From contig JBGVLV010000019.1 of NCBI GenBank assembly GCA_045124465.1, positions 1,054 through 65,053 of the forward strand: DNA of 64,000 bases, read 5' to 3'. The notes below the pieces were generated by a model. That model had not been told where the DNA came from, did not search any database, and worked only from the letters and a program-made list of their open reading frames with translations. How positions within the stretch are numbered: the stretch's first letter is position 1; every line of letters starts with the position of its first letter. This DNA is from Candidatus Scatosoma sp. (GTDB lineage Bacteria; Bacillota; Clostridia; Christensenellales; Borkfalkiaceae). Positions 35,196-46,797 of this stretch are shown in pieces. Made by a program: the position numbers and the translations under genes.

Positions 35196-36719
35196 TTAAA
35201 GAAAATTGATGATCTGTTTGTCGTCCGCGCCGAGGATACGTTTCATCGCGACCTTCTCGCGTACGCGCTTGGTGACGACGGCTTTGAAACCGAGTATCTG
35301 AATGGTGATGAGCGGGGTCATCGCGACCATGGACACCAGTCCGAACGCGTCCACCAAAACTTTGCTCTCGCCCTGCAAAACGGCGCAGATACCGATGACG
35401 AAGGGGAGAATGAAACTCGAAGTCAGAGGTCCGCTCGCTACGCCGCCCGAGTCGAACGCGATCGCCGTGTAGATCTTCGGTACGAAGAAGGACAATCCGA
35501 GCGCGATAAAGTAACCGGGTATCAGGTAATACAAAACGCTGAAATCGAAGATGACCCGCAGAACGGACAGCGCGATCGCCGCGCCTACGCCCGCGGACAG
35601 GGCTATGAGCATAGAACGTTTGCTCACCGCGCCGCCCGTCACCGATTCGACCTGTTTGTTAAGGACGTGGATCGCGGGTTCGGCAAGCACGACGGTAACG
35701 CCGAGCAGGAACGCGAACGCGACGAGGAGCACGGGGCTGTGTTCGGCGAGCTGCGCGCCCATCTTATACCCGACGGGCATGAACCCGACGGCTACGGCGG
35801 TGAGGAAGATCACCAAGCCGAAGAAGGTATAGAAGATACCCACGACGATCTGTACGATACGTTTTTTGGGTAATTTGAGCAGTAAGAATTGCAAGAGGAA
35901 GAAGAACGCGACGATGGGCAACAACGCGACGAACACTTCTTTGCACGTTTCGAAGACCGTTTCTCCGATCGCCGCCATCTCCGAGTGCATCGCGTAATCG
36001 GGCAACGAATACGCCACTTCGCCGTTCGCGGTCAGACCGAGGATAAGCACGGCGAGGATAGGACCGATCGAGCAGAGTGCGATGAAACCGAAACTGCTCT
36101 CGCGGTCGCGCTTGTCGCCGAGCGCCGCCGCCACGCCCACGCCGAGCGCCATAATGAACGGCACGGTGATAGGCCCCGTCGTCACGCCGCCCGAGTCGAA
36201 CGCGAGGGCGAGAAAGCTCTCGTTACCCTGCACGATGATGAGCGCCGCGATCGCGAATAAGAGCATATAGAAAAAGGTCATCAGGTGCGAAAGGTTCAGA
36301 CGGAACACCACGCGGAGCACGGACAGCACCAAGAACACGCCCACGCCCACGCCGATGGCGACGGTGAGCGCCGTGCCGTTGATGACGTCTTGCACCTGCG
36401 AGGCAAGTACGGAAAGATCGGGTTCGGCGATCGTGACGAAAATGCCCATCACCAAACAGATGAGGAGCAACGTTTTGAATTTACCCTTTTTAGGCAGACC
36501 CGAACCGACCTGTTCGCCCATCGGGGTCATGGCGATGTCCGCGCCGAGGTTGAAAAGCGCCATACCGACGATGAGCGCGAGGGCGCAGACGACGAAAACG
36601 ACGACCTCGCTCGTCGAAAAGTCCACGAGCGGGGTGCAGTTGAGGAGCAGGACGATGAGCGTTACCGGTAACACTGAGATCGCCGACTCTTTGAGTTTTT
36701 TGAAAAGCGCTTTCAGCAT
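35196..36719 (-). CDS. Duplicated-DUF1538 membrane protein (twin)
   Basis: Exact reverse-complement twin of 31976..33499. Confidence 0.8.
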   Translation of the reverse strand: MLKALFKKLKESAISVLPVTLIVLLLNCTPLVDFSTSEVVVFVVCALALIVGMALFNLGADIAMTPMGEQVGSGLPKKGKFKTLLLICLVMGIFVTIAEPDLSVLASQVQDVINGTALTVAIGVGVGVFLVLSVLRVVFRLNLSHLMTFFYMLLFAIAALIIVQGNESFLALAFDSGGVTTGPITVPFIMALGVGVAAALGDKRDRESSFGFIALCSIGPILAVLILGLTANGEVAYSLPDYAMHSEMAAIGETVFETCKEVFVALLPIVAFFFLLQFLLLKLPKKRIVQIVVGIFYTFFGLVIFLTAVAVGFMPVGYKMGAQLAEHSPVLLVAFAFLLGVTVVLAEPAIHVLNKQVESVTGGAVSKRSMLIALSAGVGAAIALSVLRVIFDFSVLYYLIPGYFIALGLSFFVPKIYTAIAFDSGGVASGPLTSSFILPFVIGICAVLQGESKVLVDAFGLVSMVAMTPLITIQILGFKAVVTKRVREKVAMKRILGADDKQIINFL

Positions 36720-36757
36720 ATCGTACCCTTGCAAAAACCTTGCAAAAAGTTTTTTCG

Positions 36758-37786
36758 TTATTTGACTACGGAGAATTTATACACCGTCGTTTCGCGGTAT
36801 TCCTCGCCCGCTTTCAAAACCGTCGAGGGATACTCGGGACAGTTGGGGGAGTTGGGGAAACCTTGCGTTTCCAAGCAGAGCGAGCAATGGTCGCCGTACT
36901 GTTTTTTGCCGCTTAAACTCATGTGGCAAGCGGTGTAGAGCTGAACGCCCGGCAAAGTGGTGTAGCAGTCCATCTTTCTGCCCGATTCCTCGTCGTACAC
37001 GTACGCGAAATGTTCCAGACCCTTTCCCGCGCGGTCAAGACAGTAGTTGAAGTCGTAACCGTTGCAGTCCTTGATCATCTTCGCGTCCGAGAACATATCC
37101 GCGCCCAGCTTTTTCGCGGGATCGAACGAATAGGGCGTTCCGACGATGTCCATATATTCGCCGTGGGGAATAAGTTCGTCGTCCACGGGCGTGAGTTTGC
37201 TCGCCTTGATCATAAGCTCGTGCGAAAGGATCGTGTCCTGCCCGCCGAGGTTGAAATAGGCGTGGTTGGTGAGGTTGCAGGGGGTGTCCTTATCCGTCGT
37301 CGCGAGATATTCGATCACCACTTCGTCCTCGTCGGTGAGCGAGAAAGTAACGCTGACGTTCATCGTACCGGGGTATCCGCCCGCGCCGTCGGGGGAGATA
37401 AGCGAGGTCACGAGCTTGTCGCCCTCGATCTTCGCAGTCCAGTTTTGCGAATCGAAATTCGCGGTCGTACCGCCGTGGAGGGAATTGCTCCGATCGTTGA
37501 TTTCGAGCTGATAGCTCTTGCCGCCGATCGTGAATCTGCCCTTTTCGATACGGTTGCCGAATCTGCCGATGGTCGCGCCGTAATACGCCGTCTTGCCGCA
37601 GTAGTCTTCGGGTTTTGCGTAGCCGACGATCACGTCGCCGAACGCGCCGTTTTTGTCGGGTACGGAAATGCGCGTGATACGCGCGCCGTAGGTCAGGATA
37701 TCCATTTCGCTGCCCTTCGCGTTGGAGAGGGTGTACACCGCGTATGTTTCGCCGTTGTTTTCGAATTCGTAAGTCTTTTTGATCAT
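36758..37786 (-). CDS. galM: Aldose 1-epimerase (twin)
   Basis: Exact reverse-complement twin of 30909..31937, with an identical translation. Confidence 0.9.
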   Translation of the reverse strand: MIKKTYEFENNGETYAVYTLSNAKGSEMDILTYGARITRISVPDKNGAFGDVIVGYAKPEDYCGKTAYYGATIGRFGNRIEKGRFTIGGKSYQLEINDRSNSLHGGTTANFDSQNWTAKIEGDKLVTSLISPDGAGGYPGTMNVSVTFSLTDEDEVVIEYLATTDKDTPCNLTNHAYFNLGGQDTILSHELMIKASKLTPVDDELIPHGEYMDIVGTPYSFDPAKKLGADMFSDAKMIKDCNGYDFNYCLDRAGKGLEHFAYVYDEESGRKMDCYTTLPGVQLYTACHMSLSGKKQYGDHCSLCLETQGFPNSPNCPEYPSTVLKAGEEYRETTVYKFSVVK

Positions 37787-37935
37787 AGCCGTTTCCTTTA
37801 TTTTTTATTTATCAGTATTATAACATACCGCGCGGAAAAAAGCCAACGATTGAGAGAAGAAAAAGTACAAAAAAATGTGAAAACGGTGTAAAAATTTATT
37901 GACACGTTCGGACAAATTATGCTATGATGGGATAT

Positions 37936-38142
37936 AGCAAACGCTAAATGAAGGGTGCGGAAGACAGACGTTTCCGTCTGACCGAAGGAGTAAACCTCTC
38001 AGGTGATCGCAAGATCGGGAACCGCGCTCGGATAGCACTTTGGAGAAGTCCGCGTTTTTGTTTTCCGCGGGTGCCGAAGGGGCAATGCAAAAAACGGGCG
38101 TACCCGCGTTTTGTAAATCTCTCAGGCAAAAGGACGAAGTAT
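37936..38142 (+). promoter_or_regulatory. Tandem glycine riboswitch leader (twin)
   Basis: Exact reverse-complement twin of 30553..30759. The motifs are listed under that feature. Confidence 0.8.
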
Positions 38143-38254
38143 TGCTCTCTTTTTCCAACCGAAAAGGGCGAATAATACCGTTTTTTGAGCGAAGTGCGCG
38201 CGTGAGCGTTTACTTCGTTTTATTTTTTTATTTCCACGCAGGAGGAAACAAACA

Positions 38255-39817
38255 ATGTGGGAAACTATCCTTTCGGGCGTTGAGAAAGTAAACACTTTCC
38301 TCAACAACATCGTCTGGGGCTGGCCGATGATCGTGCTGATCCTCGGCACGGGCATACTGCTCACCGTACGGACGAAGTTTATGCAGGTGCATAAATTCGG
38401 CGCGTCCTTGAACTCGACCATCGTCCCCGCCGTCAAAGGCATGGGCAAGAAACGGTCGAAGAACGACAAAGAAAATTCCATCTCCCCGTTCGAGGCGTTC
38501 GCCACCGCCATTTCGGGCACGGTCGGCACGGGGAATATCATCGGCGTTTCGTCCGCGATTATGACGGGCGGTCCGGGCGCGGTGTTCTGGATGTGGATAT
38601 CCGCGTTCTTCGGTATGGTCACCAACTACGCCGAAAACGTGCTCGGTATGTTCTTCCGTAAAAAGGACAAGAACACGGGCGACTTTTCGGGCGGACCCGC
38701 GTACTACCTTTCCGAGGGCTTGGGCAGGAACGTCGAAGGCAAGAAAGGCTCGTTTTTGAAAGGGCTTGGCAAAACGCTCGGCGTGATGGCGGCGGTGTTC
38801 TGTACCCTCGCGGCGATCGGTATGAGCGGCGCGCAGACGAACAAAATGTCGCTCACCTTCCAAAGCGTGTTCTCCGACGGGAACAAAACGGTCATCGGTC
38901 TTGTCGTCGGTATCGTCGTAGCCGTCGTGCTTGCGCTCATCATTTTGGGCGGGATCAAGAGCATCGGCCGCGTAGCGTCCATTCTCGTGCCGTTTATGTC
39001 GCTTTTGTTCATCTTGATGGCGCTCGTCATCATTTTTGCGAATATTACGGCGGTCGGCGGCGCGTTCGCGCTCATCTTTACGAATATATTCTCGTTCAAG
39101 GCGGCGGTCGGCGGCTTTGCGGGATTCGTGTTCGCGGATATCATCAAAAAAGGTCTTGCCCGCGGCGTGTTCTCCAACGAGGCGGGACTCGGTTCGTCCG
39201 TCATCGCGCACAGCGCGTCCAAGACCCGCGAACCCGTCAAACAGGGACTTTGGGGTATTTTCGAAGTGTTCTTCGATACTTTCATTATATGCACGCTGAC
39301 CGCGCTCGTTATCCTCGTAACGTTCGGGGATAACTTCGAAGTGCTTTACGGCGGCAACTACGTGGACACCACGGTGTCGATGATGGCGTTCGAGGAGATG
39401 TTCGGGGCGTTCGGAACGGTGGTATATTCCACCATCATTCCGCTGTTCTCGTTCACGACGACGCTCGCGTGGTCGTACTACGGGGAAAAGGCGGTGGATT
39501 TCCTCTTCCGTCCGACGGGCGATAAGGGCAGAAAGATCGCGACGACCGTCTTTAAGATCGCGTACGTACTCCTCGTCATCGTGTCGGCGGTCATCGACGG
39601 CGAACTTGCCTGGGCGATCTCGGATACGTTCAACGGACTGATGGCGCTCCCCAACCTGATCGGTCTGGTGCTGATGAGCGGGCTTATCGTCAAGATCACC
39701 AAGAACTATTTCGACCGCAAGAAGGGCGCGGATATACAGCCTATGCTTTCGGTGTACCCCGAGCAGAACGAAGAATTTATCCGCGACATCGAGGCGGGAA
39801 ACGAAGAAAATATCTAA
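38255..39817 (+). CDS. Alanine/glycine:cation symporter family transporter (twin)
   Basis: Exact reverse-complement twin of 28878..30440, with an identical translation. Confidence 0.92.
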   Translation: MWETILSGVEKVNTFLNNIVWGWPMIVLILGTGILLTVRTKFMQVHKFGASLNSTIVPAVKGMGKKRSKNDKENSISPFEAFATAISGTVGTGNIIGVSSAIMTGGPGAVFWMWISAFFGMVTNYAENVLGMFFRKKDKNTGDFSGGPAYYLSEGLGRNVEGKKGSFLKGLGKTLGVMAAVFCTLAAIGMSGAQTNKMSLTFQSVFSDGNKTVIGLVVGIVVAVVLALIILGGIKSIGRVASILVPFMSLLFILMALVIIFANITAVGGAFALIFTNIFSFKAAVGGFAGFVFADIIKKGLARGVFSNEAGLGSSVIAHSASKTREPVKQGLWGIFEVFFDTFIICTLTALVILVTFGDNFEVLYGGNYVDTTVSMMAFEEMFGAFGTVVYSTIIPLFSFTTTLAWSYYGEKAVDFLFRPTGDKGRKIATTVFKIAYVLLVIVSAVIDGELAWAISDTFNGLMALPNLIGLVLMSGLIVKITKNYFDRKKGADIQPMLSVYPEQNEEFIRDIEAGNEENI

Positions 39818-39945
39818 TTTTTTCAAAAAAACCGAAAATTTCCGCGCGGAATAGTTGACTTCGCAAGTTTAGTGTGCTATTATTGTATAAATAAATTAAA
39901 GGAAGAATATCAATTCGTTTTTCGAATTGAAACAGGGAGGTTGAA

Positions 39946-41010
39946 ATGGAAATCAAGATCACGAAAACGACGACTCCCAAACAGATGCCGCCGGAAGACA
40001 AACTGGGGTTCGGGAAAGTATTCACCGACCATATGTTTTTAATGGACTACGAGGAGGGGAAAGGCTGGTTCGACGCGAGGATCGTTCCGTTCGGGAACAT
40101 ATCGCTGCACCCCGCCTCGACGGTACTCCATTACGGCGCGGAAATATTCGAAGGTTTGAAAGCGTACCGCCGCGAGGACGGCGGCGTACAGCTGTTCAGA
40201 CCGCTTGAAAATATCAAACGTATGAACAATTCCGCGGAGCGTATGAGTCTGCCTCTTTTGGACGAGGGCGACGCGCTCGAAATTTTGGAAACGTTCGTAA
40301 AACTCGAAGAACGGTTCGTGCCGAAGTCGTTCGGGACTTCGCTCTATCTCCGTCCGTTTATGTTCGGCAACGACGAGAGCCTGGGCGTACACGCGGTACA
40401 CAGAGCGAGATTTATGCTCATCGCCTCGCCGAGCGGCAGTTATTACGCGGAGGGGATCAACCCCGTCAAGATCATGATCGAAAGCGAGGACGTGAGAACG
40501 GTCCGCGGCGGAACGGGCTACGCGAAGTGCGGCGGGAACTACGCGGCAAGCACGAGAGCGGGCGAAAGAGCGGCGAAGAAAGGCTATTCGCAGGTGCTTT
40601 GGCTGGACGGCGTAGAGCGCAAATATATCGAAGAGGTCGGCGCGATGAACGTTATGTTCAAGATCGACGGCGAGATCGTGACGCCCAAGCTCACGGGGTC
40701 GATATTGCCCGGTATCACGCGCAAGAGCTGTATCGAGGTCTTGAAGTCTTTGGGATATAAAGTCAGCGAACGGCTGTTGTCGGTAGACGAGCTTGTTGCG
40801 GCGATGAAAGCGGGCAAGCTGGAAGAGGCTTGGGGCTGCGGAACGGCGGCGGTCGTGTCGCCCATCGGCAAGCTTGCGTACGAAGACGCCGAATACGAGA
40901 TCAACGACGGCAAGATCGGCGAGGTCACGCAGAAACTCTACGATATTCTGACGGGTATTCAATGGGGCAAAGCGGAGGATACGTTCGGTTGGGTCCATAA
41001 GATCGGTTAA
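39946..41010 (+). CDS. ilvE: Branched-chain amino-acid aminotransferase (twin)
   Basis: Exact reverse-complement twin of 27685..28749. Confidence 0.94.
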   Translation: MEIKITKTTTPKQMPPEDKLGFGKVFTDHMFLMDYEEGKGWFDARIVPFGNISLHPASTVLHYGAEIFEGLKAYRREDGGVQLFRPLENIKRMNNSAERMSLPLLDEGDALEILETFVKLEERFVPKSFGTSLYLRPFMFGNDESLGVHAVHRARFMLIASPSGSYYAEGINPVKIMIESEDVRTVRGGTGYAKCGGNYAASTRAGERAAKKGYSQVLWLDGVERKYIEEVGAMNVMFKIDGEIVTPKLTGSILPGITRKSCIEVLKSLGYKVSERLLSVDELVAAMKAGKLEEAWGCGTAAVVSPIGKLAYEDAEYEINDGKIGEVTQKLYDILTGIQWGKAEDTFGWVHKIG

Positions 41011-41124
41011 AAACCGCGGAGCGGAGAGGAATTTCGGAGAAAATAACAAATTTTTCCCGAAAAACCCAAAAAAAAGTGGCAGTACTCCCTTGACAAAAAG
41101 GGGAAATTGTTATAAAATAGATAC

Positions 41125-41414
41125 AACTATAAATTTTAAAGGCAACGACGGGAAAGAAATCCGCTCCAGATCCGATTTTCAGAGAGTTGACGGCAGGTGC
41201 GAGTCAATACGGACGGCGGAAGATAGCTCCTCCCCGAGCCGCCGAGAGAACCGCGTAAAAAACGCCAAGTAGATTCGGACGGGATCCTCCGTTAAAGGGA
41301 AAGTCTTTCAAAGACACGAGTGGACGGGCGACCGTCAAACAGAGTGGTACCGCGGAGAGTAAAAAACTTCGTCTCTTTTATGCGTTTTCAGCGCGTAAAA
41401 GAGATTATTTTTAT
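41125..41414 (+). promoter_or_regulatory. T-box leader of the leuA-ilv-leu operon (twin)
   Basis: Exact reverse-complement twin of 27281..27570. The T-box sequence AGAGTGGTACCGCGG is at 41341-41355 and the terminator is at 41372-41404, followed by a T-run. Confidence 0.8.
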
Positions 41415-41433
41415 CATCGCGAGCGAGGAGTTT

Positions 41434-43098
41434 ATGAAGAACAGTCAAAAATACATAAAACAATATTTCGAACCGCAGGGCGTGACGATGGACTGGACGA
41501 AAAAGTCGGCGATCGAAAAACCGCCCGTTTGGTGCAGCGTCGATCTTCGCGACGGAAATCAGGCGCTCATTATTCCCATGAGCTTGGAGGAAAAACTCGA
41601 ATTTTTCCGGCTTATCTGCAAGATCGGTTTTAAGGAAATAGAAGTGGGATTCCCCGCGGCGAGCGAAACGGAATACGAATTCTGCCGCGCGCTCATCGAA
41701 CGCGACCTTATCCCCGACGACGTGACGATACAAGTCCTCACCCAGTCCCGCGAACATATCATCGCGAAAACGTTCGAGGCGCTCAAAGGCGCGAAACGCG
41801 CGATCGTACATTTGTATAATTCCACGTCCAAAGCGCAACGGGAACAGGTCTTTAAACGGGATAAAAAAGAAATTATCGACATCGCCGTGACGGGCGCGAA
41901 ACTTTGCAAGGAATACCGCGAAAAGGCGGACGGCAAGATCACGTTCGAGTACTCCCCCGAAAGCTTTACGGGTACCGAACCCGAGTTCGCGGCGGAGATC
42001 TGCAACGCCGTCTTGGACGTTTGGCAGCCGACGGCGGAGGATAAGGCGATCATCAACCTGCCCGTGACCGTGGAAAATTCCATGCCCCACGTGTACGCGA
42101 ACCAAGTGGAGTATATGTGCAAGAACTTACGCGGACGGGAAAACGTGATCGTATCCCTGCACCCGCATAACGACCGCGGCTGCGCGGTGGCGGACAGCGA
42201 AATGGGTCTGCTCGCGGGCGGCGACCGTATCGAAGGGACCCTTTTTGGCAACGGCGAACGCACGGGGAACGTGGACGTCGTAACGCTTGCGCTGAATATG
42301 TTCTCGCAGGGCGTCGATCCCAAACTCGACTTTTCCGATCTTCCCTCGATCACGCGGGTATACGAACGGGTGACGAGAATGAAGGTGGGCGAACGCCAGC
42401 CGTACAGCGGTCAGCTCGTGTTCGCGGCGTTCTCCGGTTCGCATCAGGACGCGATCGCAAAGGGTATGAAATACCGCGTGGAAAAGGACGCGGATACGTG
42501 GACCGTTCCCTATCTTCCCATCGACCCCGCGGACGTGGGCAGGGTGTACGAGGCGGACGTGATCCGTATCAATTCGCAATCGGGTAAGGGCGGGATCGGC
42601 TATATCCTCGAAACGCAGTTCAAACTCGTTTTGCCCGCGAAGATGCGCGAACAGTTCGGCTATCACGTAAAGAGCATTTCCGACCACGAACACAGAGAGC
42701 TTGCGGCGAAAGAGGTCTACGACATTTTCCTGCGCGATTTCGTGAACCTGCACGAAACGATAAACGTTTTGGAGGCGGGTTACGACGATCTGTCGGCGGA
42801 GAAGATGAAAGGCAGGGTCGTCATCGAGTACAACGGCAAAGCCTCCACGGTGGAAGTGGAGGGCAACGGCAGACTCGACTGCGTGAGCAGCGCGATCAAG
42901 CGGGTCACGGGCAGGGAATACGTGCTTGAAAACTACGTGGAACACGCGCTCGAAGAACGTTCCACCTCCCAAGCCGCCTCGTACGTTTGTATCGTATCGG
43001 ACGGCAAGCCGTACTGGGGAGCGGGTATCCACACGGACATTATGACTTCGTCCGTCAAAGCCCTCGTTTCCGCAGTCAACCGTATGTTAAACGAGTAA
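41434..43098 (+). CDS. leuA: 2-isopropylmalate synthase (twin)
   Basis: Exact reverse-complement twin of 25597..27261. Confidence 0.94.
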   Translation: MKNSQKYIKQYFEPQGVTMDWTKKSAIEKPPVWCSVDLRDGNQALIIPMSLEEKLEFFRLICKIGFKEIEVGFPAASETEYEFCRALIERDLIPDDVTIQVLTQSREHIIAKTFEALKGAKRAIVHLYNSTSKAQREQVFKRDKKEIIDIAVTGAKLCKEYREKADGKITFEYSPESFTGTEPEFAAEICNAVLDVWQPTAEDKAIINLPVTVENSMPHVYANQVEYMCKNLRGRENVIVSLHPHNDRGCAVADSEMGLLAGGDRIEGTLFGNGERTGNVDVVTLALNMFSQGVDPKLDFSDLPSITRVYERVTRMKVGERQPYSGQLVFAAFSGSHQDAIAKGMKYRVEKDADTWTVPYLPIDPADVGRVYEADVIRINSQSGKGGIGYILETQFKLVLPAKMREQFGYHVKSISDHEHRELAAKEVYDIFLRDFVNLHETINVLEAGYDDLSAEKMKGRVVIEYNGKASTVEVEGNGRLDCVSSAIKRVTGREYVLENYVEHALEERSTSQAASYVCIVSDGKPYWGAGIHTDIMTSSVKALVSAVNRMLNE

Positions 43099-43119
43099 AA
43101 GAGTAAAGGAGAGAAATCT

Positions 43120-44796
43120 ATGAAATTGACAGGCGCACAGATCTTAATAAGGACCCTCATCGAACAGGGCGTGACCGACGTGTTCGGCTATCCCGGAGGG
43201 CAGGTCATCAACATTTACGACGCGCTGTACGAATATAAAGACAAGATAAACCACGTATTGACGGCGCACGAACAGGGCGCGTCGCACGCGGCGGACGGAT
43301 ATTCCCGCGCGACGGGCAAGGTCGGCGTATGTATCGCCACGAGCGGTCCGGGCGCGACCAACCTCGTCACGGGTATCGCGACGGCTATGCTCGACTCCAT
43401 TCCCCTCGTCGCGATCACGGGTAACGTGCCTTGCTCGCTCATCGGCAAGGACAGTTTCCAGGAAGTCGACATTACGGGCGTTACCCTGCCCATCACCAAA
43501 CACAACTATTTCGTTACCAAGATAGAGGAGCTTGCGGATATTTTGCGCGAGGCGTTCCTCATCGCGAAGTCGGGCAGACCCGGTCCCGTACTCGTCGATA
43601 TTCCCAAGAACGTGCAACAGGCGACCTATGAATACGAGGAAAAGCCCGTCGTGGAGAAAATGCCTTTGCCCAAGGTGAAAGAAGAACTCATCGAGCAGGC
43701 GGCGGCGCTCGTCAACGGCGCGAAACGCCCGTATATCTATATCGGCGGCGGCGCGGCGGGACTCGGCATGGGCAAAGAGATCGTCGAGTTCGCGAATAAG
43801 ATCGACGCGGTCGTCGGCTGTTCGTTTATGGGCCTTTCGGCGATCCCGAACGACAGCGAACGTTTCCTCGGTATGCAGGGTATGCACGGACATTACGCGT
43901 CCTCGATGGCGCAGAACGAATCCGACCTTATCCTTGCCGTCGGCGTGCGGTTCTCCGACCGCGCGACGGGCAATATCGCGAAGTTTGCGAAAAAGAGCAA
44001 GATCGTTCAACTCGACCCCGATTGCGCGGAGATCAACAAGAACGTGCGCGTAGACCTCGGTCTGGTCGGCGACGTGGAGGACGCGTTCAAGCGTATCGCG
44101 GAAAAGTGCGCGCCCAAGAGCAACCCCGAATGGATAGACCAAGTACGAAAGCTCAAAGCGGAGGAGAACGCGTTCGAGGACGAGATCGCGGCGGAGAACA
44201 AAGCCTCGCTCACGCCCAAACAGGTGTTCGAGATCATCAACGCCGACAAACCCGCAAAGACCATCATCGCGACCGACGTCGGTCAGCACCAAATGTGGGC
44301 GGCGCAATACGCGACCTTCGACGGTCCCCGTCGGTTCGTATCGAGCGGCGGTCTGGGAACGATGGGATTCGGGCTTGGCGCGGCGATGGGCGCGTACGTA
44401 GCGACCAAAGATCCCGTAGTGTTGATCACGGGCGACGGAAGTTTCGGTATGAACCTCAACGAGCTGGCGACCGCCGTGACCTATAAACTGCCCGTCGTCA
44501 TCGTACTGATGAACAACGGCGTGTTGGGTATGGTAAGACAATGGCAGACGTTGTTCTTCGGGAAACGGTATTCGAACACGGTACTCGACAGAAAGACGGA
44601 TTTCGTCGCGCTCGCCAAAGCGTTCGGCGCGGAAGGGTATCTTGCGGAAACGCCCGTAGAGTTCAGGCAGGCGTTCGACAAAGCGTTGACCTCAGGCAGA
44701 CCCGTGGTCATCGATACGCGTATCGACAAGGACGAATTCGTATTGCCGATGTTGCCGCCCGGCGGAGCCATCGACGACATTATCACAAAAGTTTAG
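43120..44796 (+). CDS. ilvB: Acetolactate synthase large subunit (twin)
   Basis: Exact reverse-complement twin of 23899..25575. Confidence 0.96.
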   Translation: MKLTGAQILIRTLIEQGVTDVFGYPGGQVINIYDALYEYKDKINHVLTAHEQGASHAADGYSRATGKVGVCIATSGPGATNLVTGIATAMLDSIPLVAITGNVPCSLIGKDSFQEVDITGVTLPITKHNYFVTKIEELADILREAFLIAKSGRPGPVLVDIPKNVQQATYEYEEKPVVEKMPLPKVKEELIEQAAALVNGAKRPYIYIGGGAAGLGMGKEIVEFANKIDAVVGCSFMGLSAIPNDSERFLGMQGMHGHYASSMAQNESDLILAVGVRFSDRATGNIAKFAKKSKIVQLDPDCAEINKNVRVDLGLVGDVEDAFKRIAEKCAPKSNPEWIDQVRKLKAEENAFEDEIAAENKASLTPKQVFEIINADKPAKTIIATDVGQHQMWAAQYATFDGPRRFVSSGGLGTMGFGLGAAMGAYVATKDPVVLITGDGSFGMNLNELATAVTYKLPVVIVLMNNGVLGMVRQWQTLFFGKRYSNTVLDRKTDFVALAKAFGAEGYLAETPVEFRQAFDKALTSGRPVVIDTRIDKDEFVLPMLPPGGAIDDIITKV

Positions 44797-44868
44797 AACG
44801 CTTTATATACGTCGCAATACTTCGTCGAACTTGCGTTTTCCCTCGGTCACGTACGCACAAGTACGCTC

Positions 44869-45125
44869 CCGTCGGAAAATCCGCGTTCTCCTCGTCTTAC
44901 TCGTATCTAAGCCTTTCGACGAGTGGCGTACTGGATCGAACTTCGACGAGTGGCGTACTGGATCGAACTTCGACGAGTGGCGTACTGTATCTAAATTCGA
45001 CGAGTGAGCGGGAATCTCGCGTCGGGAAATCCGCGTTCTCCTCGTCTTGCTCGTATCTAAACCGTTCGACGGGCGGCGTACTGTATCTAAATTCGACGAG
45101 TGGCGTACTGTATCTAAATTCGACG
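44869..45125. repeat. 27-nt / 53-nt tandem array in the ilvB-ilvN spacer (twin)
   Basis: Exact reverse-complement twin of 23570..23826. In the mRNA sense the 27-mer reads AGTGGCGTACTGGATCGAACTTCGACG or AGTGGCGTACTGTATCTAAATTCGACG. Confidence 0.9.
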
Positions 45126-45165
45126 GGAAATCATCTCATTCAATCTGAAACAAGGAGAAAAAAAT

Positions 45166-45666
45166 ATGGAAAACAAAAAATTCGTAATAGCCGTGTACGT
45201 AGAGAACAAGGCGGGCGTTCTGACGAGAGTGACGGGTATGTTCACGCGGCGCGGGTTCAATATCGATACGCTCACCGTGGGCGAAACGGAGCGCAGCGAA
45301 TATTCCCGTATCACCATTTGTATGAGCGGCGACGCGTACGTAAAAGAACAGCTCGTCAACCAGCTCCGTAAGCTTATGGTCGTGAAGAAAGTGGAAGTAC
45401 TCGAAGACGAACCGATCAAGCGGGAGCTTATGCTCATCAAGGTGCAGAACAGATCGGAGAACAGGAGCGATATTATGACGGCGGTGGACGTGTTCCGCGC
45501 GAGCGTCATCGATTATTCGCCCGAAGGAATGTGTATCGAGGTGACGGGCAACCCCTCCAAGATCGACGCGTTCGTAAAACTTATGCAACCGTTCGGTATT
45601 CTCGAAATGTGCCGTACGGGTATCGTGGCTTTGGATAGAGGCGTAACGACGCTCTTTTCGAAATAA
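45166..45666 (+). CDS. ilvN: Acetolactate synthase small subunit (twin)
   Basis: Exact reverse-complement twin of 23029..23529. Confidence 0.93.
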   Translation: MENKKFVIAVYVENKAGVLTRVTGMFTRRGFNIDTLTVGETERSEYSRITICMSGDAYVKEQLVNQLRKLMVVKKVEVLEDEPIKRELMLIKVQNRSENRSDIMTAVDVFRASVIDYSPEGMCIEVTGNPSKIDAFVKLMQPFGILEMCRTGIVALDRGVTTLFSK

Positions 45667-45673
45667 AAAATAA

Positions 45674-46717
<1,044 letters not shown>

Positions 46718-46797
46718 GAAAAAACGGTATTTCGTGCGCGCGGCGGCGGGGCTTTCCGCCGCCGAGGGCGCGCGTTTGTTTGCAAGGTGAAAGGACT

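Noticed and set aside
41076-41095. A sigma-54 (-24/-12) promoter suggested by TGGCAGT...TTG upstream of the T-box, and likewise at 11103-11118.
   Set aside because: The GG-to-TTG spacing is 2 nt longer than in the TGGCAC-N5-TTGC consensus, and the -12 GC is missing (GA or GT instead). Good sigma-A hexamers are present at the right distance instead.
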